Part shown: positions 1 to 11,415 of the stretch, piece by piece
How the letters are laid out: every line of letters starts with the position of its first letter
Numbering within the stretch: position 1 is the first letter of the stretch
NCBI RefSeq assembly: GCF_964213995.1
Contig: NC_135817.1
Location: 50,282,001-50,346,000 of the forward strand
DNA from: Mustelus asterias
Lineage: Eukaryota
Length of the DNA: 64,000 bases
Direction: 5' to 3'
The notes under the pieces: generated by a model
The model's input: only the letters and a program-made list of their open reading frames with translations
What the model was told of the DNA's origin: nothing
Database searches by the model: none
Program-made: the position numbers and the translations under genes

Positions 1-309
1 ACATTTGATTTCGAAGGAAGTAGATGTTTTTTGAGTGAAGATGGTATTTTTGTACCCGGGGATGGTGGGAATCTGGAACTCAAAAGAGGCCGAAACCCTA
101 ATCGCACTGAAAAAGTACACAGTGATACCACAAAATCCAGAACCACAGCCCGAGAGCTGTAAAGGGGCATCAGGTGGGATAACCCATTGCAGCCGGTACA
201 GACATAATGAGCTGAACGGCCTCCATCTCCACAATAAATCTTCTCATGTTTCACAGGTCATTACATCTACACTTCAACCCATTGTGTGGACAGGTTGGTG
301 AGGGGTTGA

Positions 310-1220
310 GTGCGAGCCGGCGCAGGGCTGTGTGTGGGCTGGCGCGGGGCTGTGCGCGGGCTGGCGCGGGGCTGTGCGCGGGCCTGTGCGCGGGGCTGTG
401 CGTGGGCCTGTGCGCGGGGCTGTGCGCGGGGCTGTGCGCGGGCTGGCGCGGGGCTGTGCGCGGGGCTGTGCGCGGGCTGGCGCGGGGCTCTGCGTGGGGC
501 TGTGCGCGGACTGTGCGCGGGGCTGTGCGCGGGCTGGCGCGGGGCTGTGTGCGGGCTGGCGCGGGGCTGTGCGCGGGCTGGCGGGGGCTGTGCACGGGCT
601 GGCGCGGGGCTGTGCGCGAGCTGGCGCGGGGCTCTGCGTGGGGCTGTGCGCGGGCTGTGCGCGGGCTGTGCGCGGGCTGGCGTGGGGCTGTGCGCGGGCT
701 GGCGCGGGGCTGTGCGCGGGCTGGCGCGGGGCTGTGCGCGGGCTGGCGCGGGGCTGTGTGCGGGCTGGCGCGGGGCTGTGCGCGGGCTGGCGCGGGGCTG
801 TGCGCGGGCTGGCGGGGGCTGTGCGCGGGGCTCTGCGCGGGGCTGTGCGCGGGCTGGCGCGGGGCTGTGCGCAGGGCAGTGTGCAGGCTGGCGCGGGGCT
901 GTGCGCGGGGCTGTGTGCGGGCTGGCGCGGGGCTGTGTGCGGGCTGGCGCGGGGCTATGCGCAGGCTGGCGCGGGGCTGTGCGCGGGCTGGCGCAGGGCT
1001 GTGCGTGGGCTGGCGCGGAGCTGTGCGCGGGGCTGGCGCGGGGCTGTGCGCGGGCCTGTACGCGGGCCGTGCGCGGGGCTGTGCGCGGGCTGGCGCGTAG
1101 CTGGGAGCGGGCTGGCACATGGCTGGGCATGGGCTGGCGCAGGGCTGGACGCGGGCTGGGCGCGGGGCTGGGCGCGGGGCTGGGCGCGGGGCTGGGCGCG
1201 GGGCTGTGTGCAGCTTGGCG
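310..1220 (+). repeat. GC/CpG-rich minisatellite, ~22-bp unit GGCTGGCGCGGGGCTGTGCGCG with 11-12-bp sub-unit variants
   Basis: Tandem array read directly; the stop-free ORFs in all frames are artefacts of the repeat. Confidence 0.95.
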
Positions 1221-1409
1221 TTGATCAGTGGCACAGTATCAAGCTTAAGGTATGCACAGGAAACTCTGGAACAATAATACTGCCACGTCTCAACAGCATC
1301 TGGGACTTTCCCCTGGCAGAAGACCCAGCATCATTCTGCAACCGGTTCCATTCCTTTACCGGTGGCTAGGTGGATGATGTTTCAACTTGCCTGCACTCTG
1401 GGCCAAACA

Positions 1410-4240
1410 AACAATCCCGCACCAGCCTGTACACAACGCTGCACCGGCCTGCACACAACGCCGCACCGGCCTGCACACAACGCCGCACCGGCCTGCACAC
1501 AACCCCGCACCGGCCTGCACACAACCTCGCACCGGCCTGCACAAAACCCCGCACCAGCCTGTACACAAACCCGCACCAATCTGGACACAACCCCGCACCA
1601 ATCTGGACACAACCCCGCACCAGCCTGTACACAACCCCGCACCAATCTGTACACAAACCCGCACCAGCCTGTACACAAACCCGCACCAATCTGGACACAA
1701 CCCCGCACCAATCTGTACACAACCCAGCACCAGCCTGTACACAACCCCGCACCAATCTGTACACAACGCCGCACCAACCTGTACACAACCCAGCACCAAC
1801 CTGTACACAACCCCGCACCAGCCTGTACACAACCCCGCACCAATCTGTACACAAACCCGCACCAGCCTGTACACAACGCCGCACCAATCTGGACACAACC
1901 CCGCACCAATCTGTACACAACCCCGCACCAATCTGTACACAACGCCGCACCAATCTGTACACAACCCCGCACCAGCCTGTACACAACCCCGCACCAGCCT
2001 GTACACAACCCCGCACCAGCCTGTACACAACCCCGCACCAGCCTGTACACAACCCCGCACCAGCCTGTACACAACCCCGCACCAGCCTGTACACAACCCC
2101 GCACCAGCCTGTACACAACCCCGCACCAGCCTGTACACAACCCCGCACCAGCCTGTACACAACCCCGCACCAGCCTGTACACAACCCCGCACCAGCCTGT
2201 ACACAACCCCGCACCAGCCTGTACACAACCCCGCACCAGCCTGTACACAACCCCGCACCAGCCTGTACACAACCCCGCACCAGCCTGTACACAACCCCGC
2301 ACCAGCCTGTACACAACCCCGCACCAGCCTGTACACAACCCCGCACCAGCCTGTACACAACCCCGCACCAGCCTGTACACAACCCCGCACCAGCCTGTAC
2401 ACAACCCCGCACCAGCCTGTACACAACCCCGCACCAGCCTGTACACAACCCCGCACCAGGCTGTACACAATCCCGCACCAGCCTGTGTACAATCCCGCAC
2501 CAGCCTGTACACAATCCCGCACCAGCCTGTACACAACCCCGCACCAGCCTGTACACAGCCCCGCACCAGCCTGTACACAACCCCGCACCAGCCTGTACAC
2601 AATCCTTCACCAGCCTGTACACAATCCTTCACCAGCCTGTGCACAATCCCTCACCAGCCTGTGCACAATCCCTCACCAGCCTGTGCACAATCCCTCACCA
2701 ACCTGTGCACAACTCCGCACCAATCTGTACACAACCCCGCACCAATCTGTACACAACCCCGCACCAATCTGTACACAGCCCCGCACCAGCCTGTACACAA
2801 CCCCGCACCAATCTGTACACAACCCCGCACCAGCCTGTACACAACCCCGCACCAATCTGTACACAACCCCGCACCAATCTGTACACAACCCCGCACCAAT
2901 CTGTACACAACCCCGCACCAATCTGTACACAACCCCGCACCAATCTGTACACAACCCCGCACCAATCTGTACACAACCCCGCACCAATCTGTACACAACC
3001 CCGCACCAATCTGTACACAACCCCGCACCAATCTGTACACAACCCCGCACCAGCCTGTACACAGCCCCGCACCAGCCTGTACCAGCCTGTACACAGCCCC
3101 GCACCAATCTGTACACAATCCCTCACCAATCTGCACACAATCCCGCACCAGCCTGTACACAACCCCGCACCAGCCTGTACACAACCCCGCACCAGCCTGT
3201 ACACAATCCCGCACCAGCCTGTACACAACCCCGCACCAGCCTGTACACAACCCCGCACCAGCCTGTACACAACCCCGCACCAGCCTGTACACAACCCCGC
3301 ACCAGCCTGTACACAACCCCGCACCAGCCTGTACACAACCCCGCACCAGCCTGTACACAACCCCGCACCAGCCTGTACACAACCCCGCACCAGCCTGTAC
3401 ACAACCCCGCACCAATCTGTACACAACCCCGTACCAGCCTGTACACAACCCCGCACCAATCTGTACACAACCCCACACCAGCCTGTCTACAATCCCACAC
3501 CAGCCTGTACACAATCCCTCACCAACCTGTGCACAACCCCGCACCAACCTGTGCACAACCCCGCACCAACCTGTGCACAAACCCGCACCAACCTGTGCAC
3601 AACCCCGCACCAACCTGTACACAATCCCTCACCAACCTGTACACAATCCCTCACCAGCCTGTACACAATCCCTCACCAACCTGTACACAATCCCTCACCA
3701 GCCTGTACACAACCCCTCACCAACCTGTGCACAACCCCGCACCAACCTGTACACAATCCCTCACCAAACTGTACACAATCCCTCACCAACCTGTACACAA
3801 TCCCGCACCAGCCTGTACACAATCCCTCACCAGCCTGTACACAATCCCTCACCAATCTGTACACAACCCCGCGCCAACCTGTACACAATCCCTCACCAAT
3901 CTGTACACAACCCCGCTCCAACCTGTACACAACCCCGCTCCAACCTGTACACAATCCCGCACCAACCTGTACACAATCCCTCACTAATCTGTACACAATC
4001 CCTCACTAATCTGTACACAATCCCTCACCAACCTGTGCACAACCCCGCACCAACCTGTGCACAACCCCGCACCAACCTGTACACAACCCCGCACCAGCCT
4101 GTACACAACCCCGCACCAACCTGTACACAACCCCGCACCAACCTGTACACAACCCCGCACCAACCTGTACACAATCCCTCACCAACCTGTACACAACCCC
4201 GCACCAATCTGTACACAATCCCTCACCAACCTGTACACCA
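1410..4240 (-). repeat. 22-bp minisatellite (CACCAGCCTGTACACAACCCCG)n, ~128 units, inverted relative to the 310-1220 array
   Basis: Tandem array with a homogeneous core at ~1965-2458 and variant units at both ends. The reverse complement of the unit matches the first array unit at 17/22 positions. Confidence 0.95.
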
Positions 4241-4339
4241 TCCCTGCACGGCTAACGACCACTTTATCAGTTCAACTGTTCGGTGGCAGGGCACGGTTCA
4301 CCTGAAAGTTCCTGGGCATCTGTGACTGTTGTTTCCAGG

Positions 4340-4790
4340 GAGGGCCGGTAGCCCAGTCAGTCCAGTCCAGTCCAGTCCGGCCCAGCCCGGCCCGGCCTGA
4401 CCGCTCCGTTCCCTGAGCACCGACACCAAGGAGACTCTCCCTCTCCCAAACAGGCCAGCTGCTGGGTCAGACACTGCGCGTGCGCGCTGTCCCTCAGTGA
4501 GGTCATCGCGCAGGGCACGCGCTGAGCTTCCCGGACAACGTCAGCTGTCACGCGCCGCGGGGGGGGGGGTGCGCATGCGTGAGTGCGGCTGCGGAACTTG
4601 TTGAGGAGGGAGCGGGGACAGGGAGCGGGAGCTGTTGCCGGCTGCACACCCACTGACGGCCGCATGCTCCAGGCCGAGCGGGGGCTGCCGACATGCAGAA
4701 CGTCATTAACACTGTCAAAGGGACGGCGCTGGGAGTGGCAGAGTTCCTGACGCCGGTGCTGAAGGTGAGTGCTGCTGTTTGCTCAGGCCT
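4340..4790 (+). promoter_or_regulatory. ATG3: CpG-island promoter / 5' UTR of ATG3 with NRF1-like motifs
   Basis: CpG-dense, TATA-less region just upstream of ATG 4693; TGCGCATGCG at 4570-4579 and TGCGCGTGCGC at 4475-4485. Confidence 0.7.
4693..4764 (+). CDS. ATG3: ATG3 (autophagy E2-like conjugating enzyme) coding exon 1, [24 protein letters not shown]
   Basis: Near-identical to the vertebrate ATG3 N-terminus; donor AAG|GTGAGT. Confidence 0.97.
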
Positions 4791-5702
4791 GTGCTTCCCA
4801 AAAACACCCCCAAGTGACGACATTGAGCCTTCCGAGCCAACACTCAGCAGAGGGGCATGGAGTGGCTGGCCCACCGAGCAACCATAAACTCCACCAGATA
4901 ACTGACTGTCTTTGGCAGGCGAGGTTTGACTGGCCTCACTGAGGCTCTCACTGGGTGACAGGAGCTGCTCATCCATTCTGTCACTCATCAGGTTATGGCC
5001 CCTCATTTTTGTCATGTAAACTGTCATTGCCCACACTCAAACTCTTCAGCAGTCCAAGTCTGGCTGATTGTTGGTGAATGCCACTGTTTGTTGGTGAATG
5101 CCACTATTTGTGCTTCCTTTCTAAGCCAGTGAACCAGTTTGTAACTTTATACGGCTTTAAAATTGAAAGCACTACATGAACAAACCAAATAAGACACAAA
5201 GGCTGATCATTGCACCCAGCTTGGTCATTTTGGGAGTGACATTTCTTTTGGGAGTTGGTTCAAGGTGAAATTCTACTTTTTATAATCCTGGGTTGAAATG
5301 GGGATCTCGGTATGTAGAACCCATACTGCATTAGGAAGGTTCTGAGCGGATGGTGCAGGATTTGAGCTGGAAATTGCAGACCCAGTTAAGATATTTACTT
5401 TCGATTTCACTTATTATTATAACAGTAGTAAAAGTTTACTGTTGATTTGTTTTTACTTGTGGTCTATGGAGCAGCTATTAAGAAGGGAATTATCCTCAGT
5501 GGCATTGAATCATAGGATAATGCAGCACAGAAGGAGGCCATTCATCCCTTTGTGCCTGTATTGACTGCCTGAAAGAGTTACAAGTTTGTCTCAATCCCGT
5601 TCTTTGCCCAAATCCTTGCAACCTTCTCCAGTTTCCATTTTTGTTTATTTCTCACAATTTTTAATCTTTTGAAAAAAGTTTTCTTTTACCAGAACTTGCA
5701 CC

Positions 5703-6030
5703 CGGGTGGCACAGTGGTTAGCACTGCTGCCTCACAGCACCAGGGACCTGTGTTCGATTCCTGGTTTGGGTCACTGTCTGTGTGGAGTTTGCACATTCTC
5801 CCTGTGTCTGCGTGGGTTTCCTCTGGATGCTCTGGTTTCCTCCCACAGTCCAAAGATGTGCGGGTTAGGTAGATTGGATATGCTAAATTGCCCCTTAATG
5901 TCGGGGGAGGGGGGACTAGCTAGGGTTAGTGCATGGGGTTATGGGGATGGGGACTGGGTGGGATTGTGGTCGGTGTAGACTCGATGGGCCAAATGGCCGC
6001 CTCCTGCACTGTAGGATTCTGTGATTCTAT
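5703..6030 (+). mobile_element. HE1/V-SINE-like tRNA-derived SINE with CR1-type tail
   Basis: A box GGCACAGTGG, B box GTTCGATTCC, core GTGGGTTTCCTC.GG.TGCTC.GGTTTCCTCCCACAGTCCAAAGA, tail GGATTCTATG. Confidence 0.88.
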
Positions 6031-6707
6031 GAACTTGAGGTGTAAAACTTTGTTATTTTTTGTAACGTTTACAGATTGTTGAAATGTAGGGAGGTGTCGC
6101 AGGTTAAATGTTTGATATGAAGTCCTTTTTTCAATTCTTGTCACTAATAGTGCGGGGTTGTAAAACATATCTTCTGCAAACATCAGAATGTCTGTCATAA
6201 AGATGTGGCCTCTAAAATGATTTGAATTGAAAATGATTAAAATTATTCTTTTTAGTGGCGTCCCATGAATAATGTGTTTCAAAATTCCAGCACTTTAACC
6301 AAAATATTTATTTGTTTGGTTGAAATGTTTTATCAGTTGGAAGGTTTGAGGAGTCATGAATATATTTGCGAAAACATTTGTGTCTATTGTCCAAAATGAC
6401 AAATGTTTTAAATCAACTACTTGTGGAAATATTTTCCATTGTGTGGCACAGGGTTACAGGGATAGGGCAGTGGAGTGGACCTGGGTAAGGTGCTCTTTTG
6501 GGGAGTCAGTGCAGACACAATGGGCTGAATGGCCTCCTTCTGCACTGTAAAGATTCTATGGTTATCAAGAGAAGTTGCACGAAAAAATCTACAAATTTTG
6601 GCAGGAGGATAGATGTGATCTTCAAGATAAGACTGGACTCTGGATATGTAATTTACTTCATAACAAAGTGTATCAAGAAAAATATAAGAAATAAAGCAAA
6701 GTTTTTT

Positions 6708-7000
6708 AAGTTTATTTATCAGTCACAAGTAGGCTTATATTCACACTGCAATGAAATTACTGTGAAAATCCCCTAGTCGCCACACTCCGGCACCTGTTCG
6801 AGTACACTGAGGGAGAATTTAGCATGGCCAATGCACCTAACCTGCACATCTTTGGACTGTGGGAGGAAACCGGAGCACCCGGAGGAAACCCACACAGACA
6901 TGGGGAGAATGTGCAAACTCCACAGAGCCAACGACCCAAGCTGGAAATCGAATCCGGGTCCCTGGCACTGTGAGGTAGCAATGCTGTGCCACCATGCTGC
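6708..7000 (-). mobile_element. HE1-like SINE with alternative (tail B) 3' end
   Basis: Same head and core; tail ...CCCGAACAGG.GCCGGAGTGTGGCGACTAGGGGATTTTCACAGT..TTCATTGCAGTG..TGTGAC..ATAAATAAAC. Confidence 0.85.
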
Positions 7001-7317
7001 CCAGAAATCTGCTGGGAAAGCCATCTCAAAATTAGCCTCTGTGACATGATCAGGCTTTTTTTGGCAGTGATACTTATCTTTAGTTCACTTGTTTGAACGA
7101 CATGTTCAAGTTACTGTTGCAAGGTGCAATTCCATGGACTTAGAATGACCATGTTACAGTTAAAAGCACACTAGAAAGAAATTCTATAGGAATTTCAGAA
7201 TTCTGTTATTTTGGTCTTTAAACATTTAACTCTTTTTATCATTCATTTCTATTTTGCACCATACAATAAATTGGCTGGTATTATTTAGTACATGCATTTA
7301 CAGTAGTAAGTAGTGAG

Positions 7318-7480
7318 GGTCGGTTTAGCTAAGTTGGCTGGATGGCTGGTTAGTGATGCAAGCGACGCCAACTGCGCGGGTTCAATTCTTGTACCAGCTG
7401 AGATTATCCATGAAGGTCCTGCCTTCTCAACCTTGCCCCTTGTCTGAGGTGTAGTGACCCTCAGGTTAAATCACCACCAT
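7318..7480 (+). mobile_element. Different tRNA-derived SINE (truncated)
   Basis: A box TAGCTAAGTTGG, B box GGTTCAATTC, followed by a non-tRNA body. Confidence 0.6.
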
Positions 7481-8458
7481 GGGGGTGATTCTCCCATCCT
7501 CCTGCGCTAATTTTCGAGCACAGTGAACCAGAAGAATTGCACAGGGTGCAATTCACGGGGCTCCCGTGAGCATTTGCACCCTGCTCGCATCTCCCAGCTC
7601 TGGATTTCTGGCATGGTCTGCTCCATGCCAGAAATTGGCGGGTAGGTGGGGCTAGCATTTAAATGATGATTTAAATATCATTTATATGCTATTAGAGGGC
7701 CGGCGACTAAATTCTCCAGGCCTGCTAGACTCTCCCACCCCGCCAGAGTGTTTCACTCCAGCATGATTTAGAGTTGCTCCCTACTTTCAGGGAGCTAGCG
7801 GCCTGACCACGCTGGAGTGAAGGGAGGGCATTCAGGGTCCCGCAGGGTGGTGGTGTCCCCTGGGCATGGCACCTTAGCAGTGCCAGCTTGTGCCCCCAGC
7901 ACTGTCTAAGGGGCAAAGTGCCCATGCTCAGGGGCACCTTGGCACTGTCTACCTTTGGCATTTTTCCACATTGTGAAGATCACGAATGTTGTCGTCTGGC
8001 CCACCATGACTTTTTGTAAAAGGATTGAAGTGAGGTCCTGAAATGATAGAGCCGTTTGTATAATCTACAAAAGCATGAACATGGAATTAATGCTTTCCAG
8101 GAGTCAATTCAGTAATGCTTCCTTTTATAGTCACATATATGCTCAAAATAGATAGTCCTGATCAATTCACTGGTCCCCTTCAACATGCAGATAATTTGTG
8201 TGATATTCTTCTTGAGATTATAAATATTATAATACAGTAAATCTAATGGACATCGTATCTTAGCCATGAAAAATAAACATCATGCACTTGATATGATTGG
8301 GAAGAATGCAGATGATTTTCAACCCATTTCATCTTAGTTTTTACAGAAGTTCAGTTTTCTCATTATGACATTTAGCCAGTTGAATTTCATGAATAGAAGA
8401 AATAGTCCCAAACTTTGCTGATGACAACAGTTTACATTAACGTAGTGCCTTGTAATAT

Positions 8459-9080
8459 AAACAAAGAACAATACAGCACAGGAACAGGCCCTTCGGCCCT
8501 CCAAGCCCGCGCCGCTCCCTGGTCCAAACTAGACCATTCTTTTGTATCCCTCCATTCCCACTCCATTCATGTGACTATCTAGATAAGTCTTAAACGTTCC
8601 CAGTGTGCCCGCCTCTACCACCTTGCCTGGCAAACCCGTTCACCCTATCTATGCCTTTCATAATTTTATACACCTCTATTAGGTCTCCCATCATCCTCCG
8701 TCTTTCCAGTGAGAACAACCCCAGTTTACCCAATCTCTCCTCATAACTAAGCCCTTCCATAGCAGGCAACATCCTGGTAAACCTTCTCTGCACTCTCTCT
8801 AAAGCCTCCACGTCCTTCTGGTAGTGTGGCGACCAGAACTGGACGCAGTATTCCAAATGCGGCCGAACCAACGTTCTATACATCTGCATCATCAGACCCC
8901 AACTTTTATACTCTATGCCCCGTCCTATAAAGGCAAGCATGCCATATGCCTTCTTCACCACCTTCTCCACCTGTGACGTCACCTTCAAGGATCTGTGGAC
9001 TTGCACACCCAGGTCCCTCTGCGTATCTACACCCTTTATGGTTCTGCCATTTATCGTATAGCTCCCCCCTACATTAGCTC
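8459..9080 (-). mobile_element. 5'-truncated CR1 3' fragment of the same young family, with an internal deletion
   Basis: ORF 8590-9006 is nearly identical to the C-terminus of ORF2 at 50244-53165; same 3' tail. Confidence 0.9.
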
Positions 9081-9666
9081 TACATTAGCTCTATAGAAAA
9101 ACATTCAGCAACATTTCAAAAGAAGAGCAGGCGGGGAAGTTTATGAAATCAAGGAGCAGTTGTGAGGAGAGGTAAAGGTGGTAATCAAAAGCAAGATGGA
9201 AGAAGTGGGTTTTCAATGAGGCTTTCTAAGACAGTGTTGGTGGGAAGGGTGGGGTGGGCAAAAGAGAAGGGAATGAATCAAAACAGGAGTTTTGAAGGAA
9301 AGTTCCAGAGAGAAGAGGAGGGAAGAAGGATGCTCAATTATAAAGCATGGGAAAATTGAGCAAGAATATGAGGAACTCCAGAAGGACATTGGCTAGGGCA
9401 ATTATGTGGAAAAAAAACAATGTCTTTATTTGTGAGGTACATTCGAGATAAAAAGAAAGGATGATAGAAATATATTGTAAACATGAAAAATTCAATGGAG
9501 TTATAAAAAGATTGGAGGTTCTGTTAAATATATTTTCAAAGTTAGGATTGCAGGTGAAAAAAAAGTCAAATAGGCATTAGGTGGCATTGAATATAAGAAG
9601 TAATTTATTTAAATATAAAATGTGTATATAAAAGGCATGGTTTGGGTACCTTACTCAGAGAGTGGC

Positions 9667-9896
9667 TTTTTAAAAAACATTACTCCATTCTTAAAGTTAC
9701 AAAGCCAATGCTTCGAGTGTACCAGGCAGATTCGAATCCAACTCCTTCCTTGCTCCAAAAATCAAATTTAAATTCAATCCAATTCATTGTCCCCTAAAGA
9801 GAGACAAACACGATCCCAAGCTGACAAGTTAAGGCATTGCACACAATCTTGGGCTTGAGCCGATGCTTGATCTTAGCCAAAAGACCGAGAGGCTAT
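9667..9896 (-). mobile_element. U2 snRNA-derived retrocopy / SINE-like element (divergent full-length U2 variant)
   Basis: 9896-9866 matches U2 nt 1-31 at 28/31. It then shows CTTGTCAG (U2 CTTATCAG), a stem IIb-like GTCTCTCTTTAGGGGAC, an exact Sm-site context GATTTTTGGAGCA (9763-9751) and stem III/IV-like hairpins. It sits inside a decayed CR1. Confidence 0.8.
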
Positions 9897-10444
9897 TGCC
9901 AAGGGAAAAATTTAATAGCTTAATTATGGCAGTACTAAAGATGAAAAGGTAAGCTAAGTATGGTCGTCCTTACTGGAATCTGTCCCAACACTCCTTTGCC
10001 TTGTTTCATTTCTCTCCACTATCCAAGCCTCCTAAATCTCCTCAATCTCACCAGGGCAAGAAAAAATAAGCTAGGACTGTGTTTGTTAGAATAGGCAAGG
10101 TAGAGAGGGAGTTTGATATTGTTCAAAATTCTGAAATGGTTGACAACATAAATCGTGAAAGAGAAATTATATTAGCAGGTGAATAGATTAAAAAGGCAGC
10201 ATAGGCATAAGAACAATAGTTGAAAGAAACAGGGAGAAATTAGAAGAATTTTGTTGATCCAATTTAACTTTTAAAATGGTGTCAGGGCAGCCTCATTAAG
10301 GTATGCAATGTAAAAGTGGAATGAATTAGTTAGTAATTGGCAATTAGACCAAATTCTTGCTGGTTTATTATTGGTGATTCAAGTGGTGAATCATTCGGAG
10401 CAGCATTGGTTGGCCCATCACAACTATCAGATTAGTCTTTCAGA

Positions 10445-11075
10445 TTAGTGCAGTAGGTGCACGCTAAAAGTTGCAAGGCCTCCAACATCCAATAGCATCA
10501 AACATGTTGGGGGTGAGTTTGAAGCTCTCTCTCTCTCTCTCTCCTCCTCCTCTCTCTCTTGGAACGGAAGGTGCCTCAACATAGCCGTGGTGCCATGGGG
10601 CAGGTTGGCACTGCCAAGCTGGGCATTGGGCAGAGCCAAAGATACTAGGCCAGAGGGAGGGCCTAATTTGAAGGGGGGGGGGGGTCCTGCTGCCAATTTG
10701 CACTCGTGCTTGGTGATAAAGGCGGAAGGTCAGTGATTGGGGCTGGACATTGGTGGGTGGGGGTTCAGGGCTGCGGGGGGGGGGGTTGGGGATGGGTGGG
10801 GGTGCTGAGGCTGGCCCAGCCGTGCAGGGCTACTGTGCATGCTCTGACCTGTCAGAGCGGAGATTGGAGCGGCCCGCTCAGCGCTATGCTGCTGGCCTGT
10901 ACAGCGGGAATAGGCCCCACACCCAGATTTTTAGAGAGATTTACACTAGTGCACTCTGCAGTGTACAGAGTGTGGGAGATTCATTTTGAAAATCCCACTG
11001 AAAAAAACAATGGGATTTACTCCAGTTTTTTAGACAATTTCGGCACGCAGAATTTTTTTGGGAGAATCCCACCCG
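10445..11075. mobile_element. GC-rich non-autonomous DNA-transposon-like repeat; relatives at 7481-7960, 19860-20210, 20770-21420, 26230-26560
   Basis: Shared GGCACTGCC/GGCAGTGCC motifs and GGGAGAATCCC-type termini; includes a (CT)n tract at ~10524-10558. Confidence 0.55.
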
Positions 11076-11284
11076 ATGTTATTACTTGTGCTCCAAAATC
11101 CAGCCCAATAGAACTGGACCTGCCACAAAACCGATGATTTAATTCTTTAATTGAACCTCAAGTTCACTGCGAATCGCCCAATTCAGTCTTTCTGACCTAT
11201 GATTGTCTCTCTGGTTTCAGACAGATGGGAACAGACACGGCTGCAAAATACTTTAAAGAAATTGATCAATACCATGGAAATATA

Positions 11285-11415
11285 GGCTGGAATTCTCTGA
11301 TGTAATTCGTCCCGCCACTGCTGCCAGTGAGAATGGTGAATTTGGCGCTCAGCCAAATCTCCATGCAGTGGGACTGGAGAATTCCAGCTGCGGGCGAGAT
11401 TAGAGAATTCCGGCC
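11285..11415. mobile_element. MITE, PIF/Harbinger-type: 16-bp TIRs and 3-bp TSD ATA
   Basis: GGCTGGAATTCTCTGA ... TTAGAGAATTCCGGCC (14/16 match), flanked by ATA on both sides. Confidence 0.7.

Noticed and set aside
1410-4240. CRISPR-like regular repeats
   Set aside because: No unique spacers, no cas genes, and a vertebrate context.
246-4325. Long ORFs (up to 987 aa) in all six frames
   Set aside because: These are translations of stop-free 22-bp tandem repeats. They are open on both strands, the unit length is not a multiple of 3, and no domain is present.
5703-5775. tRNA gene (A/B boxes)
   Set aside because: It runs straight into a SINE core and tail, and recurs more than 10 times in the window with divergence.
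9667-9896. Functional canonical U2 snRNA gene
   Set aside because: It lacks the GTAGTA branch-pairing sequence and the loop IV ATTGCA motif, and it is embedded in a decayed CR1 with no recognisable snRNA promoter.
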